A stretch of 64,000 bases of DNA, from the NCBI GenBank assembly GCA_963785305.1, contig CAWAUV010000007.1, forward strand, positions 1,664,001-1,728,000, in the 5' to 3' direction. Under the pieces are notes generated by a model, which searched no databases, had not been told where the DNA came from, and saw only the letters and a program-made list of their open reading frames with translations. The stretch is from an uncultured Planctomycetaceae bacterium. Lineage in GTDB: Bacteria > Planctomycetota > Planctomycetia > Pirellulales > PALSA-1355. The number at the start of each line of letters is the position of its first letter. The first letter of the stretch is position 1. Positions 47,203-57,845 of this stretch are shown one piece after another. Made by a program: the position numbers and the translations under genes.

Positions 47203-50200
47203 ATGAACCCGGTCGTCGTCAAGAGTACAAATCGCCAACAAGTGGAGACCTCTGCCCGGCGGTGGGCCGTGAGCATCGGCCCGGCCCTCGTTGCAATGCT
47301 CCTGGCCGCTCCCGCTCGAGCCGATTGGCGGGAGGAGTTCGAGGGGCCCGACGTCTCGTGGCATGAGGCCGGTGGCGACGCTCGTTATCGGATCGACCTT
47401 CGCCAGCGCGTCAACGTTGGCGCGCATGGCGGACAAGGCTGCGAGCGTTGGCGAGTGGTGGCCAGCGATGGCGCCGCGGTGTATCTCAAACACGACTCGC
47501 CGCCTGCCCGTGTGATCTCCGAATTTGCGGCGAGTGTGTTCGTCAAATCGGAGCGGCCCGGCTTGCAGCTTTTTGTGCGCAGTGGTGCTGCCGCGGAGCC
47601 GCGACCCTCGCACCGGCGGCCCGCTTACCGCGCTGCTCGCGGGCTCGGGCTACACGCAAGCCGGCGCGTGGCAGCAACTTCGCGTCGACAATTTGCCGCA
47701 AACGCTCGAGCGCCAGTTGCGCGTGCTTCGTTCGCAGTTTGGACCGAATGTCGATGGCCGCGAATCGTACGTCGATCAGATCGTGATGAACATCTATGGC
47801 GGCCCGGGCGTGACCGATGTGTTGATCGACGATCTCGAGTTGCAAGGCGCCGTGGGCGGCGCGGCGGTGGCAATGGCGAGCGAGCCGCCCAATGGCCGCC
47901 CCATCACCCGCCCCGCTAGTTTAGAGCGCGCGGGCTTGGGCGTCGGGCCCGGCGGTGGCGTTGAGTCGGGCTCGCCGCGCGACGGCGCCCCGCCCTCGCG
48001 CATGCCGGAAATCTCGCTCCGCGGAGCGCTCCTCTCGGTGGAAAACAAACCGTTTTTTCCACGCGTCATCGCCTACCAGGGCGAGCCGCTGGCTCGGCTT
48101 CGATCCCTCGGTTTCAACACGGTGCGGTTCGCCCAGCCGCCCACGCCCGATCAACTTGGCGAGGCGGCGCGGATCGGGCTGTGGATCGTGTGTCCGCCGC
48201 CAGCGGCGGTGTTGGCCACCGAAGGCGATGCCCGGCCGCCGCGAATCTCAACGGAATACGATGCGGTCTTGGCTTGGGAACTTGGCGCCGGTCTCACGGC
48301 GGCCGATCTCGACCGCATGCGGCGGACTACCAAGCTGCTCCGCGCCGCCGATCCGCGCGACCGGCCGATCGTCGGCGGCGTCGAAACCGAGCTGCGCGAA
48401 TTCAGCCGGCTCATGGATGTGCTGCTTGCCGAACGGCCAGTGCTCGGCACAAGTTTGGAGCTCGCTGGCTATGCCCAGTGGCTGAGAGACCGGCCGGTGC
48501 TCGCGAGGCCAGGCACTCCGATCTGGGCCGGAGTGCAAACCCAGCCGCTGGCCCGCCAGCAGGAGCAGGCCAATCTGATCGCCGGCCGCTCCGTGGCGAT
48601 CGATCGGGTGCAAGACGAACAAATTCGCCAAATGGCGTTTACGGCTCTGGCCGCCGCGCCGGCGGGTTGCTTTTTCAATCGGCCACGCCGCTCGACGCCG
48701 AAGATACCGCCACCAAGCGGCGAGCCGAATCGCTCGAACGTCTGAACCTGGAGCTCGACGTGGTTGAGCCATGGGCCGCCGCCGGAAGCTTCGTAACCAG
48801 CGCCACCGCCCACGATGGCCAAATGCAAGCGGTCGTGATCCAAACCGAACGCGGTCGTTTGATGCTGCCGCTGCGCACGGCCGGCGAAAGCCAACTCGCG
48901 CTCGGCACAAGCACCGCGGCCAATGTGCAATACATTGTGCCCGGCGTGCCCGAGGCCAACGAAGCATGGGAGCTGAACCCGGCCGGCTTGCGTCCGATGG
49001 TGCATCACCGCGTCGCCGGCGGCCTGGGGCTCACGCTCACTCCCGGCCAAGTGGGCACCCTGGTCGTGCTCACCCAAGACGCGCTTGTCGTCGATTATCT
49101 CTCGCGCCGCACAGCCGAGCTTGCCACGCGAGCCACGTCGCTCGAGCGAGATCTGGCCCAACGGCAGTTTCAATTCGTTGAATCGCTCGAGCAGCAGATG
49201 ACGAGTCTGGGCCGAGCGTTGCCATCGCTTAAGTTTTCCATCGCCGCCGCGCGCAGGCGCCTTGGCCGAAGCCGAGGCCGGGGCCGCGGGGCAGCAGTCG
49301 ACCCTCAATAGCTTTCTCGCCTCGCGGCGGGCGATCGAGAATCTGCTGCTGGTCGAACGCGCCTACTGGGAGCAAGGCGCCACGTTTTCGCACAACTGGC
49401 TCGCGAGTCCGCTGGCCACGAACGTGGCCACTATTCCCGAGCAATGGCTCTTCGCCACCGATCTGCCCGGCCATCGCGTGGGCCCCAACTTGCTCACGGC
49501 GGGCGACTGCGAAAATGTGAGCGAGATGACCCAGGCCGGCTGGAGGCTATATCAACATCCAACGCCCGGTGCGACGAGCGAATTGATCCTATCGACGAAG
49601 ACCCCCAAGATTCCGAAGCCCAAGCCGCCGAAGCCGGGCGAAGTGGTCAAGCCGCCCACGCCAGCCGCGCTCGAAGCGCAGCTCAAGGCGGCCACCGCCG
49701 CCGCCGCCGCGGGAGTATTTGCCGGCAATGCCTCGATCCATCTCAAGGCCCGGCCGGCGGTCAAGGACGATGGCCCCGCGCCGGTTTTCGAGACCGCGCC
49801 GCTTTGGTTGACGACTCCGCCCGTGTCGCTGGCGGCGGGATCGCTGGTGTGGGTGCATGGCTGGGCTCGGATGCTGCAACAGCCCATTGGCAACGCCGAC
49901 GGATTCTTGATCCTCGAGTCGATCGGCGGCGAAGCCCTGGCCGAACGGTTCGCGCCCGACGCCCGGCTGGAAAGACGCCGAGCGGGCCCGTCGCGGACAG
50001 AAGCCGTTGCCGGCGCAAAAGAAAACTCCACAAGACGACTGGAAGGAGTTCTCGCTCTATCGGGTCGCCCCGATGCCGGGCCATTTACCGTGACGTTTGC
50101 CCTTTGCGGCCTGGGCGATGTGTGGCTCGATGAGCTTTCGGTGCAAGTGATCGAGCGCTCGGGTCCCTTGCCCCCCGTGCCGGCCAACGCCACGGCGCCC

Positions 50201-50224
50201 GACTGGCTGCGAATCAAACGCTAG
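47203..50224 (+). CDS. Large secreted hypothetical protein with possible glycoside-hydrolase-like barrel and CBM-like domains (indels ~47580, 48660, 49255)
   Basis: Signal peptide ending APARA; successive overlapping ORFs; LRSLGFNTVR and VLAWELG segments. Confidence 0.6.
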
Positions 50225-50433
50225 CGCACCCTCCCACGCCGAGCGCTCCCACACAAGCCTGAAGCGCCAGCGAAGCCCCGCCCACGCGCCGTGCGGCGTT
50301 TTTACTGCGAGCGAATGATTTCTTCGATCGCGCGCCTGGCGGAGGAACCGGGCGCTTTAGCATCTTCCGCGGCGCATCCTTGGCTAGCGGTTCAGGCATG
50401 GTTGAGCGACGCTTGGCGCCTCATGGCGTCGCC

Positions 50434-51177
50434 TCATTTCATTGCCGTGATTCGCGCCGGCAGCGGCAGTTCGATCGTGAACTGCGTGCCGTGGCCCACT
50501 TCGCTCTGCACACTGATCTGGCCGCCGTGGGCTTCGATAATCTTGCGCGTCGTCGGCAGGCCCAGGCCCGATCCGCCCGGCTTGGTCGAGAAGAAGGCGT
50601 CGAACAAGTGGGCCTTGGTGTGTTCGTCCATGCCCAGACCGGTATCGATCAGGTGGAGCACCACGCCGACCGCGGTTTGCTTGGTGCGCAAGACAAGCTG
50701 GCCACCCTTGGGCATCGCTTGCTGAGCGTTGAGAATCAGATTGATCAGCGCGCCGTGAAAACTCTCGCGGTCGAGCACCACGCTTGGCAGGTCGGGATCG
50801 AGATACGACACGACTTCGATTCCCGCGGCGCGGGCCTGGGGATCGAAAAACTCGAGCACCCGGCGAATCTCGCCGTTGAGGTCCGTGGGCTCCAGCTTCA
50901 GGCTGCGAATCTTGGCGAAGCTGAGGAAATTGTCGAGTAGATTTTGCAAGCGATCGCATTCTCGCTGCACGGTGTCGATCTTTTGCGCGGCGCGGCGGTC
51001 GCGCACATTTTGCGAGCCCTCGAAGTCCTCGGCCAAAAGCTCCATGTTGAGCCGAATCGTCGACAGCGGATTTTTTATCTCGTGCGCGAGCGCGCCGGCC
51101 AGCGCGGCGATCTCGGTGTATTGCTCGACCAACCGGCGGTTGACTTCCTCGGGCGAGGGCGGATGCGGTTTTTTCAT
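50434..51177 (-). CDS. Two-component histidine kinase (HisKA + HATPase, no obvious sensor domain)
   Basis: LAHEIKNPL, NLILNAQQA, DTGLG, FFSTKPGGSGLGL. Confidence 0.92.
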   Translation of the reverse strand: MKKPHPPSPEEVNRRLVEQYTEIAALAGALAHEIKNPLSTIRLNMELLAEDFEGSQNVRDRRAAQKIDTVQRECDRLQNLLDNFLSFAKIRSLKLEPTDLNGEIRRVLEFFDPQARAAGIEVVSYLDPDLPSVVLDRESFHGALINLILNAQQAMPKGGQLVLRTKQTAVGVVLHLIDTGLGMDEHTKAHLFDAFFSTKPGGSGLGLPTTRKIIEAHGGQISVQSEVGHGTQFTIELPLPARITAMK

Positions 51178-51302
51178 GGACTCGAGTAATGCGTGTTTTT
51201 CAGGTTCGTGGAGTTTGAGCGTTCACGGCCGGGGAACTAAACTGAAACAGTCGATCGCCGAGAAATTCCTTTCCCCCGCCTGCCGGTTCAGAAAAAACAC
51301 CC

Positions 51303-52484
51303 ATGTTCTTCCCCTACGGAACCGACGCCCCGGTGTACTACTTTCCCTGGGCGACGATCGGCATCATCGTACTAAACGTCGTGATGTTTGCCATCACCGG
51401 CGGGGAGCCCTTGGCTACCGACGGTTGGGAGCTCGCGTTGGGAGAAGGGCTTCATCCACTCCAATGGGTGAGCAATAACTTTCTCCACGCCGATCTGGTC
51501 CATCTGCTGGGCAACATGGTCTTCCTCTGGAGCTTCGGCCTGGTGGTCGAGGGCAAGCTCGGCTGGCGCCGGTTTTTGCCGCTCTACCTGGGCATCGGCG
51601 TCGTTTATAGCCTTCTGGTGCAGACCGCGATGCTCGGTAGCCAAGCGGCGCCTCCGTTCACCGTGGGACTCGCCGAGCCGCCTCAGGTCCATCGCGGCGC
51701 CTTGGGAGCGTCGGGCGTTGTCTTCGGACTCATGGCCATCGCGCTCGTGTGGGCCCCCAGCAACCATTTTAACTGCGTGCTTTGGATCAGCCGCGTCGTG
51801 TTTTTGAATGTGTCGGTCCTCACATTCGCATTCATCTATATTGTGATCGAATTCGGCTTCGCGTTGTTCCACAACTTCGCCTTCAACACCGAAAGTCTGC
51901 ATCTGACCGGAGCCGCGGTGGGAGCCGTTGTCGGTGTGGTGATGTTGCGTCGCGGCATGGTCGACTGCGAGGGCTGGGATATTTTCGAAGTCATTCGCGG
52001 CCGCGCCGGTGACGTGCCGCTCGAAGAAACGCCCGCCCCGCCGCCGCCCGACCCCGCTCAAGAAGCCGCGCGCCGCGACGAATCTCTCGCGGCGATTCGC
52101 GGTTTTCTCGCCGCCGGCAATGCGATGGCCGCCCTGAAGCTGAGCCAAAAGCTCAGCGAGCAGGATTCCGAATGGCACTTGCCCGAGGCCGAACTTGTCG
52201 CGGCGATCAAGCTATTGCACGGCGAAAAGAATTGGGCGGCTTCGATCGAGCCGATGGCCGAGTTTGTGCGGCGATTTCCGGAGAAGTCGGCGTCGGTGCG
52301 GCTCAAGCTCGCGCAACTCTTGCTGATCGAGCCCGCGAGGCCTTTTCGCGCCTTGGCCGTGCTGGAGAAGATTCCGGCCGGCTCGCTCCCGGCCGCGCAA
52401 GAAGAACTCCAACGCCGCCTCGTGGCCCAGGCCCAGCGCCTAGCGGAAGACGCCGACTTGGAATTGGCCGAAGACGAGTGGTGA
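51303..52484 (+). CDS. Rhomboid-family intramembrane serine protease with helical C-terminal domain
   Basis: FLHADLVHLLGNM, GASG, HLTG; multiple TM segments. Confidence 0.88.
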   Translation: MFFPYGTDAPVYYFPWATIGIIVLNVVMFAITGGEPLATDGWELALGEGLHPLQWVSNNFLHADLVHLLGNMVFLWSFGLVVEGKLGWRRFLPLYLGIGVVYSLLVQTAMLGSQAAPPFTVGLAEPPQVHRGALGASGVVFGLMAIALVWAPSNHFNCVLWISRVVFLNVSVLTFAFIYIVIEFGFALFHNFAFNTESLHLTGAAVGAVVGVVMLRRGMVDCEGWDIFEVIRGRAGDVPLEETPAPPPPDPAQEAARRDESLAAIRGFLAAGNAMAALKLSQKLSEQDSEWHLPEAELVAAIKLLHGEKNWAASIEPMAEFVRRFPEKSASVRLKLAQLLLIEPARPFRALAVLEKIPAGSLPAAQEELQRRLVAQAQRLAEDADLELAEDEW

Positions 52485-52623
52485 GAGGGACCAACGTCGC
52501 GCACAACGAAACCTCATTGCCGAAGGCCCCCGGGCCAATGCGAACCGTTCCACGGGTGCGCCTACTTGCGCGCGTAAGTTGTGTTAGTCTGGAACGGCTC
52601 CGCGGGAAATCAAAGGGGTCAGG

Positions 52624-54559
52624 GTGCGCCGGCGCGAAGCCGGAGGAGAGTCGCGAATGAAAGAGTCGCACGAGGCAAGGCCTAGCCAGCCACCTCGGCC
52701 TCGAGTGATGCGTCGTGTCGGGCAACTGGCAGGGCGAAGCGTTCACAGAGGCACGGCCGGGCGGTGTATCGAGCTCCGAAAACATTCTTTTGCGGTGGCC
52801 GACCTTGTCCTGACCCCGTCGCTCGATTCATGCGGGAAGGCAACAGTGATGTCGAACGATCATGGCGAGTCCGACGTCTCCCCCACGGAGTCCGGGACCA
52901 CCCGCACGGCCGGAAACTTTTCTCGCGGAAGCCGGGAGATCCCGGGAACATCCGCTTCACCGGAAGCGGATCGGTCGGAGAAGGCGCGAGGCCACAAGTC
53001 CGACATGCACGTTCCCGGGGAGTCAGACAGTTCCATAGTACCAAAGAAGCAGGCGAACAACGACAGCGTGCCGCTGTCGGCGGAGCCCGTGGAGGGAAGG
53101 GAACTGACCGAGGAGAACGCCGAGCAGTCGCTACTGGACCGGACACAGCGCCGGGCTCCCAGGTCGCGCGGACTGCTGGGCGTGCGAGAAGCGGCACAAC
53201 GCGACAAGAAGATGCGGTTCAACAATCTGCTGAACCATGTCACGCCCGAACTGCTGGTGGCGAGTTTCTTCGACCTGAAGAAGCAAGCCGCGCCCGGCGT
53301 CGATGGCCTGACATGGGCTCAATACGCCACCGATTTCGAAACGCGGATCGACGATCCGCACAGTCGAATCCATCGGGGAGCCTATCGAGCCAGGCCGTCC
53401 AAGCGAACTTGGATTCCCAAGCTCGACGGCAAGCCGCGGCCCCTCGGGATCGCGGCGCTGGAGGACAAGATCGTCCAGCAAGCCGTACGGACGATCCTGG
53501 AGTGCATCTACGAAGAGGACTTTCTGGGTTTCAGTTACGGCTTTCGTCCTGGACGAAGCTGTCACCGAGCCTTGGACGCGCTCTACGTGGGCATCAAGAA
53601 GCGGAAAGTGAACTGGATTTTGGATGCGGACATCCGCGGCTTCTTCGACAACATCGACCACGCATGGTTGATGAAGTTCCTGGAGCATCGGATCGCCGAC
53701 CGACGACTGCTTCGGCTGCTGAAGAAATGGCTTCGAGCCGGAGTGTCGGAAGATGGCGAATGGTCCCCGAGCACCGTGGGAACACCTCAAGGAGCGGTGA
53801 TTTCGCCGCTCTATTCGAACGTGTTCTTGCACTATGTTCTGGACCTGTGGCTGGTGGCGTGGCGGAAACGCCATGCCGTGGGCGAGGTCATCATCGTGCG
53901 CTATGCGGATGATTTCGTAGTCGGATTCCGCGAGGAGTCCGACGCGCGACGCTGCCTGGCGGCGCTCCGGGAACGCTTCACCAAATTCGGTTTGGAACTG
54001 CACCCGGAGAAGACGCGGCTGATCGAGTTCGGACGCTATGCGGCCGAACGACGATCGAAGCGTGGCGATGGCCCACCGGAGACATTCGACTTCCTGGGCT
54101 TCACCCACATCAGTGGCGTGACCCGGAAGGGCGAATTCACCATTCGCCGCATCTCATCGGCCAAGAAGTTTCGTGGCAAACTGCGCGAACTGAAAGAAGC
54201 GCTGCGCGGGAAAATGCACATGGACTTGGCGCAAGTCGGGCCATGGCTATCGAGCGTTTACCGGGGATGGCTCAATTACCATGCGATTCCCGGCAACTCG
54301 GTGCGATTGCAACAATTCCGCACGGCGCTCCAGAAACTCTGGCTCCGCATGCTGCGGCGACGCAGCCAACGCGGACGCCGGATGACCTGGCGGAAGTTCT
54401 CGCAGCTTTGCAAACGATGGCTTCCCACCCCGAAAATCCTGCATCCTTATCCCGAAGTGCGGTTTGATCGTTTGTATCCAAGGTAGGAGCCGTATGCGGT
54501 AGTTCCGCACGTACGGATCTGTGCGGGGGGTGGCCCGAAAGGGCCATCCCTACCGCGAT
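52624..54559 (+). mobile_element. Group II intron, copy 2 (1,936 bp)
   Basis: Same length and nearly identical sequence to 15855-17790; same exon junction. Confidence 0.95.
53005..54486 (+). CDS. ltrA: Group II intron reverse transcriptase/maturase
   Basis: YADD RT; differs from copy 1 at DDLHS/DDPHS and LEPHP/LELHP. Confidence 0.93.
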   Translation: MHVPGESDSSIVPKKQANNDSVPLSAEPVEGRELTEENAEQSLLDRTQRRAPRSRGLLGVREAAQRDKKMRFNNLLNHVTPELLVASFFDLKKQAAPGVDGLTWAQYATDFETRIDDPHSRIHRGAYRARPSKRTWIPKLDGKPRPLGIAALEDKIVQQAVRTILECIYEEDFLGFSYGFRPGRSCHRALDALYVGIKKRKVNWILDADIRGFFDNIDHAWLMKFLEHRIADRRLLRLLKKWLRAGVSEDGEWSPSTVGTPQGAVISPLYSNVFLHYVLDLWLVAWRKRHAVGEVIIVRYADDFVVGFREESDARRCLAALRERFTKFGLELHPEKTRLIEFGRYAAERRSKRGDGPPETFDFLGFTHISGVTRKGEFTIRRISSAKKFRGKLRELKEALRGKMHMDLAQVGPWLSSVYRGWLNYHAIPGNSVRLQQFRTALQKLWLRMLRRRSQRGRRMTWRKFSQLCKRWLPTPKILHPYPEVRFDRLYPR

Positions 54560-54599
54560 ACTCATTGATTGGCGTATGGTCGAGAGCCATGCCGGAAAA

Positions 54600-54870
54600 A
54601 TGCGACTTGCGGACGACCACGAGGTTGCGGGGTCGAGTTTAGCCGCGGGCGCCTTACCGTCGCTTCGGTCCAAGTCGGCTCGCCGGAGGGAGTCCCTCGC
54701 GGAGCGCCGCAGCGAGCTCTCGTTCCGCTAGCGGCGCCAGTGACTGGGCATCAACTGGTAAGCGAACAACCCGCCGGCATGCCGCGCGAGCCCTTCACCG
54801 AGCACTCGCTCGAAGGCTTCGTAATCCGCGTCGTTGCGGAAAATCTTGGCCCGGGCCAGCAACGGCACGA
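54600..54870 (-). pseudogene. Internally deleted REP-associated tyrosine transposase (RAYT, IS200-like HUH) remnant
   Basis: 54859-54728 reads LARAKIFRNDADYEAFERVLGEGLARHAGGLFAYQLMPSHW (RAYT-type IF..D.DY..F / AY.LMPNH). ~54700-54601 reads RGTPSGEPTWTEATVRRPRLNSTPQPRGRPQV (RAYT C-terminal-like). Confidence 0.8.
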
Positions 54871-54876
54871 TGGATG

Positions 54877-56077
54877 GTACTCTTTAGGCGTGGTTGGTTG
54901 AAAGATCGATGTTCCGATGCCAAGGAGGGCGCCATGGAAAAGTTTTATCGGGTGACGTTGACGGAGGATGAGCGGCGGGGATTGCGGAAGTTGGTTTCGA
55001 CGGGCAAGGGCGCCGCGCAAAAGTTGAATCGGGCTCGCATGTTGTTGCTGGCGGATCAATCGGATGGCGGACCTGCCAAATCCGATCCGGAGATTGTCGA
55101 GGCGTTGGGATGCGGGCGGGCCACCGTGGAGCGGCTGCGGAAACGGTTCGTCGAAGAGGGACTTGAAATCGCGGTCGATCCCCCGCCTCGAAAGCGAGTT
55201 TACCAGCCTCTGCTTGATGGCAAGGCGGAGGCGCATTTGGTGGCTTTGGCCTGCGGCGCTCCACCGCAAGGCCGAGCACGCTGGACGTTGCGGCTGTTGG
55301 CGGATCGCATGGTGACGCTGGATTACGTGGAGCACGTCTCTTACGAGACCGTGCGGCAAACGCTCAAAAAAACGAACTTAAGCCGTGGTTGAAGAAGGGC
55401 TGGTGCTTGCCCAGTGGGCCATCGGCTGAATTCGTGGCCGCGATGGAAGATGTGTTGGAAGTGTACCATCGCCCCCAGGATCCCAGCCGGCCAATGGTCT
55501 GCATGGATGAATGCAGCAAGCAGTTGGTGGCCGAAGTCCGCGATCCGCTGCCACCGCGTCCCGGAGACGTTGCCAAATTCGACAGTGAATACGAACGCCG
55601 TGGCACGGCGCACATCTTTATGGCCGTCGAACCGCTGGCGGGCCAACGCACGGTGCAAGTCACCGATCAACGGACGCGCACCGATTGGGCTCGATTCATT
55701 CGCTACTTGCTACTGACCGTGTATGCCAAGGCAACGGTGCTGGTGCTGGTCATGGACAATCTGAATACCCACGGCATCGCCAGCTTGTATGAAGCCTTTG
55801 ATCCGGAGACGGCCCGCGCCTTGGCCGCGCGGCTGGAGATTCACTACACTCCCAAGCACGGCAGTTGGCTCAACATGGCGGAGACCGAACTGAGCGAGCT
55901 TTCGCGACAATGCCTCGACCGCCGCATCGAAAGCAAATCGCTACTGAGCCGAGAAGTGGTGGCCTGGGAACAGCAACGCAACCAGAATTGCAGCAAAATC
56001 GATTGGCGATTCACCACCGCCGACGCCCGGGTACAACTTAAGCGACTCTATCCCTCATACCAGACCTGACAGAGCAC
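54877..56077 (+). mobile_element. IS630-family insertion sequence
   Basis: Imperfect terminal IRs GTACTCTTTAGG / CCTGACAGAGCAC, with TA after the right end; carries the transposase. Confidence 0.85.
54934..56069 (+). CDS. IS630 transposase, -1 programmed frameshift at A7 (55366-55372)
   Basis: HTH ORF then DDE ORF (CMDE, VMDNLNTH, SWLNMAE); the -1 shift restores LKKNELKPW; RBS AAGGAGG. Confidence 0.9.
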
Positions 56078-56099
56078 TAGGACAAATCCCTATCGCTGC

Positions 56100-56154
56100 A
56101 AAATGGCCGGTTTTCAAATGCTCAGGAGTGGCCGGTTTTGAATGCTCGGTGACA
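56100..56154. mobile_element. Orphan IS21-family terminal repeat
   Basis: Two tandem TGGCCGGTTTT.AA motifs ending ...GGTGACA; no istA/istB nearby. Confidence 0.65.
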
Positions 56155-56161
56155 CCTGGCA

Positions 56162-57516
56162 TCAGGGGATCTCCCTCGCTGGCGGGAGCGGATGATTCAA
56201 AGGGCCGGTTTGACGATGCGCATTCAGCCAGCCACCTGAAAACCCTGCCCGACGCAGCCCGCGAATCAGATACGGGCACTGCCGCATGAGGCGCCAGAGC
56301 AAGCCTGATCGGTAATTCTCAATCATCAGAACGACGGGCCCTGGTTGAGGCCCAAATGCCACGGCGACACCCAGCTCGTCGGCGCCTCCGCGGATTCCGT
56401 CTTGAAGGTGGGATTGAAGGTGGCCTTGTAGCCGTAAGTGTCGGACGTCCGGAGGCACAGGTCGTCAAAATACTTGAGGGCCGGCAGCACGATCTCGGGC
56501 GCAAAGGGAAGTGAGGCAACGACGGCCCAAGGCGCGATTGTGCCATCGTCGGGGCCGTCGGGCACGCCCCGCGCTAGGTAACCGAAGAAGCGCCGCTCTC
56601 CGCCGTTGATGCGCCGGGTTACAAAGCCAGGGCCTTCGCTGGCCGTTATTCCCCAACAGTTCTCGCCGTATGCCTCGAATTGCCCCGGATTGTGAATGCC
56701 GTATTGCTGCTGTACGTATGTCGCCCGGCGGCTGTTCTCAAAGTAATCGATGCCCTTGCTCCGCATGAAAGCGTCCTGAATCTCCCGAAAGTCAACCCAC
56801 AGATGAGAGACTTGGTGAGTAAAGAGCGGTCCGGAATGCAACAACTCGTGGCCGTAAACCTTCTTCCACTGGTAGGTGGAGGCCCAGGCGAGATAGCTTT
56901 CCTCGGCTAGCGGGTGCGTCGGCGAACCGAGGCCGAGCAAGTAGAGGAACAGCGCCTCGTCGTAACCTTGCCAGCGGTACGGCGGAAAGCCGCTCTCCGG
57001 CGTCCAACTGTGCGCGACCGTCGCCCCGCCGTTCCGGGCCCACTGCCAGTCGGCGCGCAGGTACAGTTCATCGGCCAGCGCACGGATCTCGCGCTCGTCG
57101 GCCGTTTCGTTGGTGAAATAGGCCGCCGCGGTCAGCATGCCCGCCAGCAGAAATGCGGTATCGACGGTCGACAACTCACAATTCCACACGCGCTTTCCGG
57201 TCCGCATGTCGAGAAAGTGATAATAGAATCCCTTGTACCCGGTCGCCTCCGCTCCCTTGCCTTGGGAACTGTCGCGAAAAAATCGCAAAGTTGCGAGCGT
57301 TCGTTCGATGGCCTTCGCGCGCGTGATGAAGCCGCGCTCCACGCCAACCGGGTAGGCCGACAATGCCAACCCCACGGCGGCGATACTGGCAGGCGAGCCC
57401 GCTTCGGTCTTGTCCAGAATCAATCCGTTGAGAGGATTGACCTCGTAGAGGAAATAGTCGAAGGTTTCACGCTGGAGAGCGTCGAGCGTGTCCGGAGGTA
57501 GCTGGGGCTGCTTCAT
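56162..57516 (-). CDS. Glucoamylase-like/GH144 (DUF2329)-type glycoside hydrolase (indel ~56335)
   Basis: SIAAVGLAL, GFYYHFLD, ELSTVDTA, GYDEA, GPLFTHQ, WGITA, DDGTIAP, MIENYRSG. Confidence 0.85.
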
Positions 57517-57845
57517 ATACGGGATCGAGTCCGTCAGGGCCGTATTGAGTCCCTCGCGCACTTCAGCTTAGCTGGAGAATTCTAACGGGCCAGGGGGAAT
57601 CGTTGAAACCCTGATGCATTGTCAACGCTTGAAATGACGGATTGGATTCGTTCCGTGGCCGCCTTCCAACAATATGGCCTATCAACCTCGCCAAGCGCCG
57701 AGCAAAGCTCGTCGCGGCTCGCAAAATAACGACCTATCGAAGAAAGGCACGGACTACAAATAAAGCTCGAAGCCCCCACCGAAATCCAACCGAAATCCCC
57801 GACTCCGCTCTTGAGCGGGCCGAGGTCCAATCATCGACTACCGAT

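Noticed and set aside
57640..57675. tRNA/tmRNA 3'-end-like attachment site (GGATTCGTTCCGTGGCCGCCTTCCA)
   Set aside because: The match is too weak, with no cloverleaf and no integrase.
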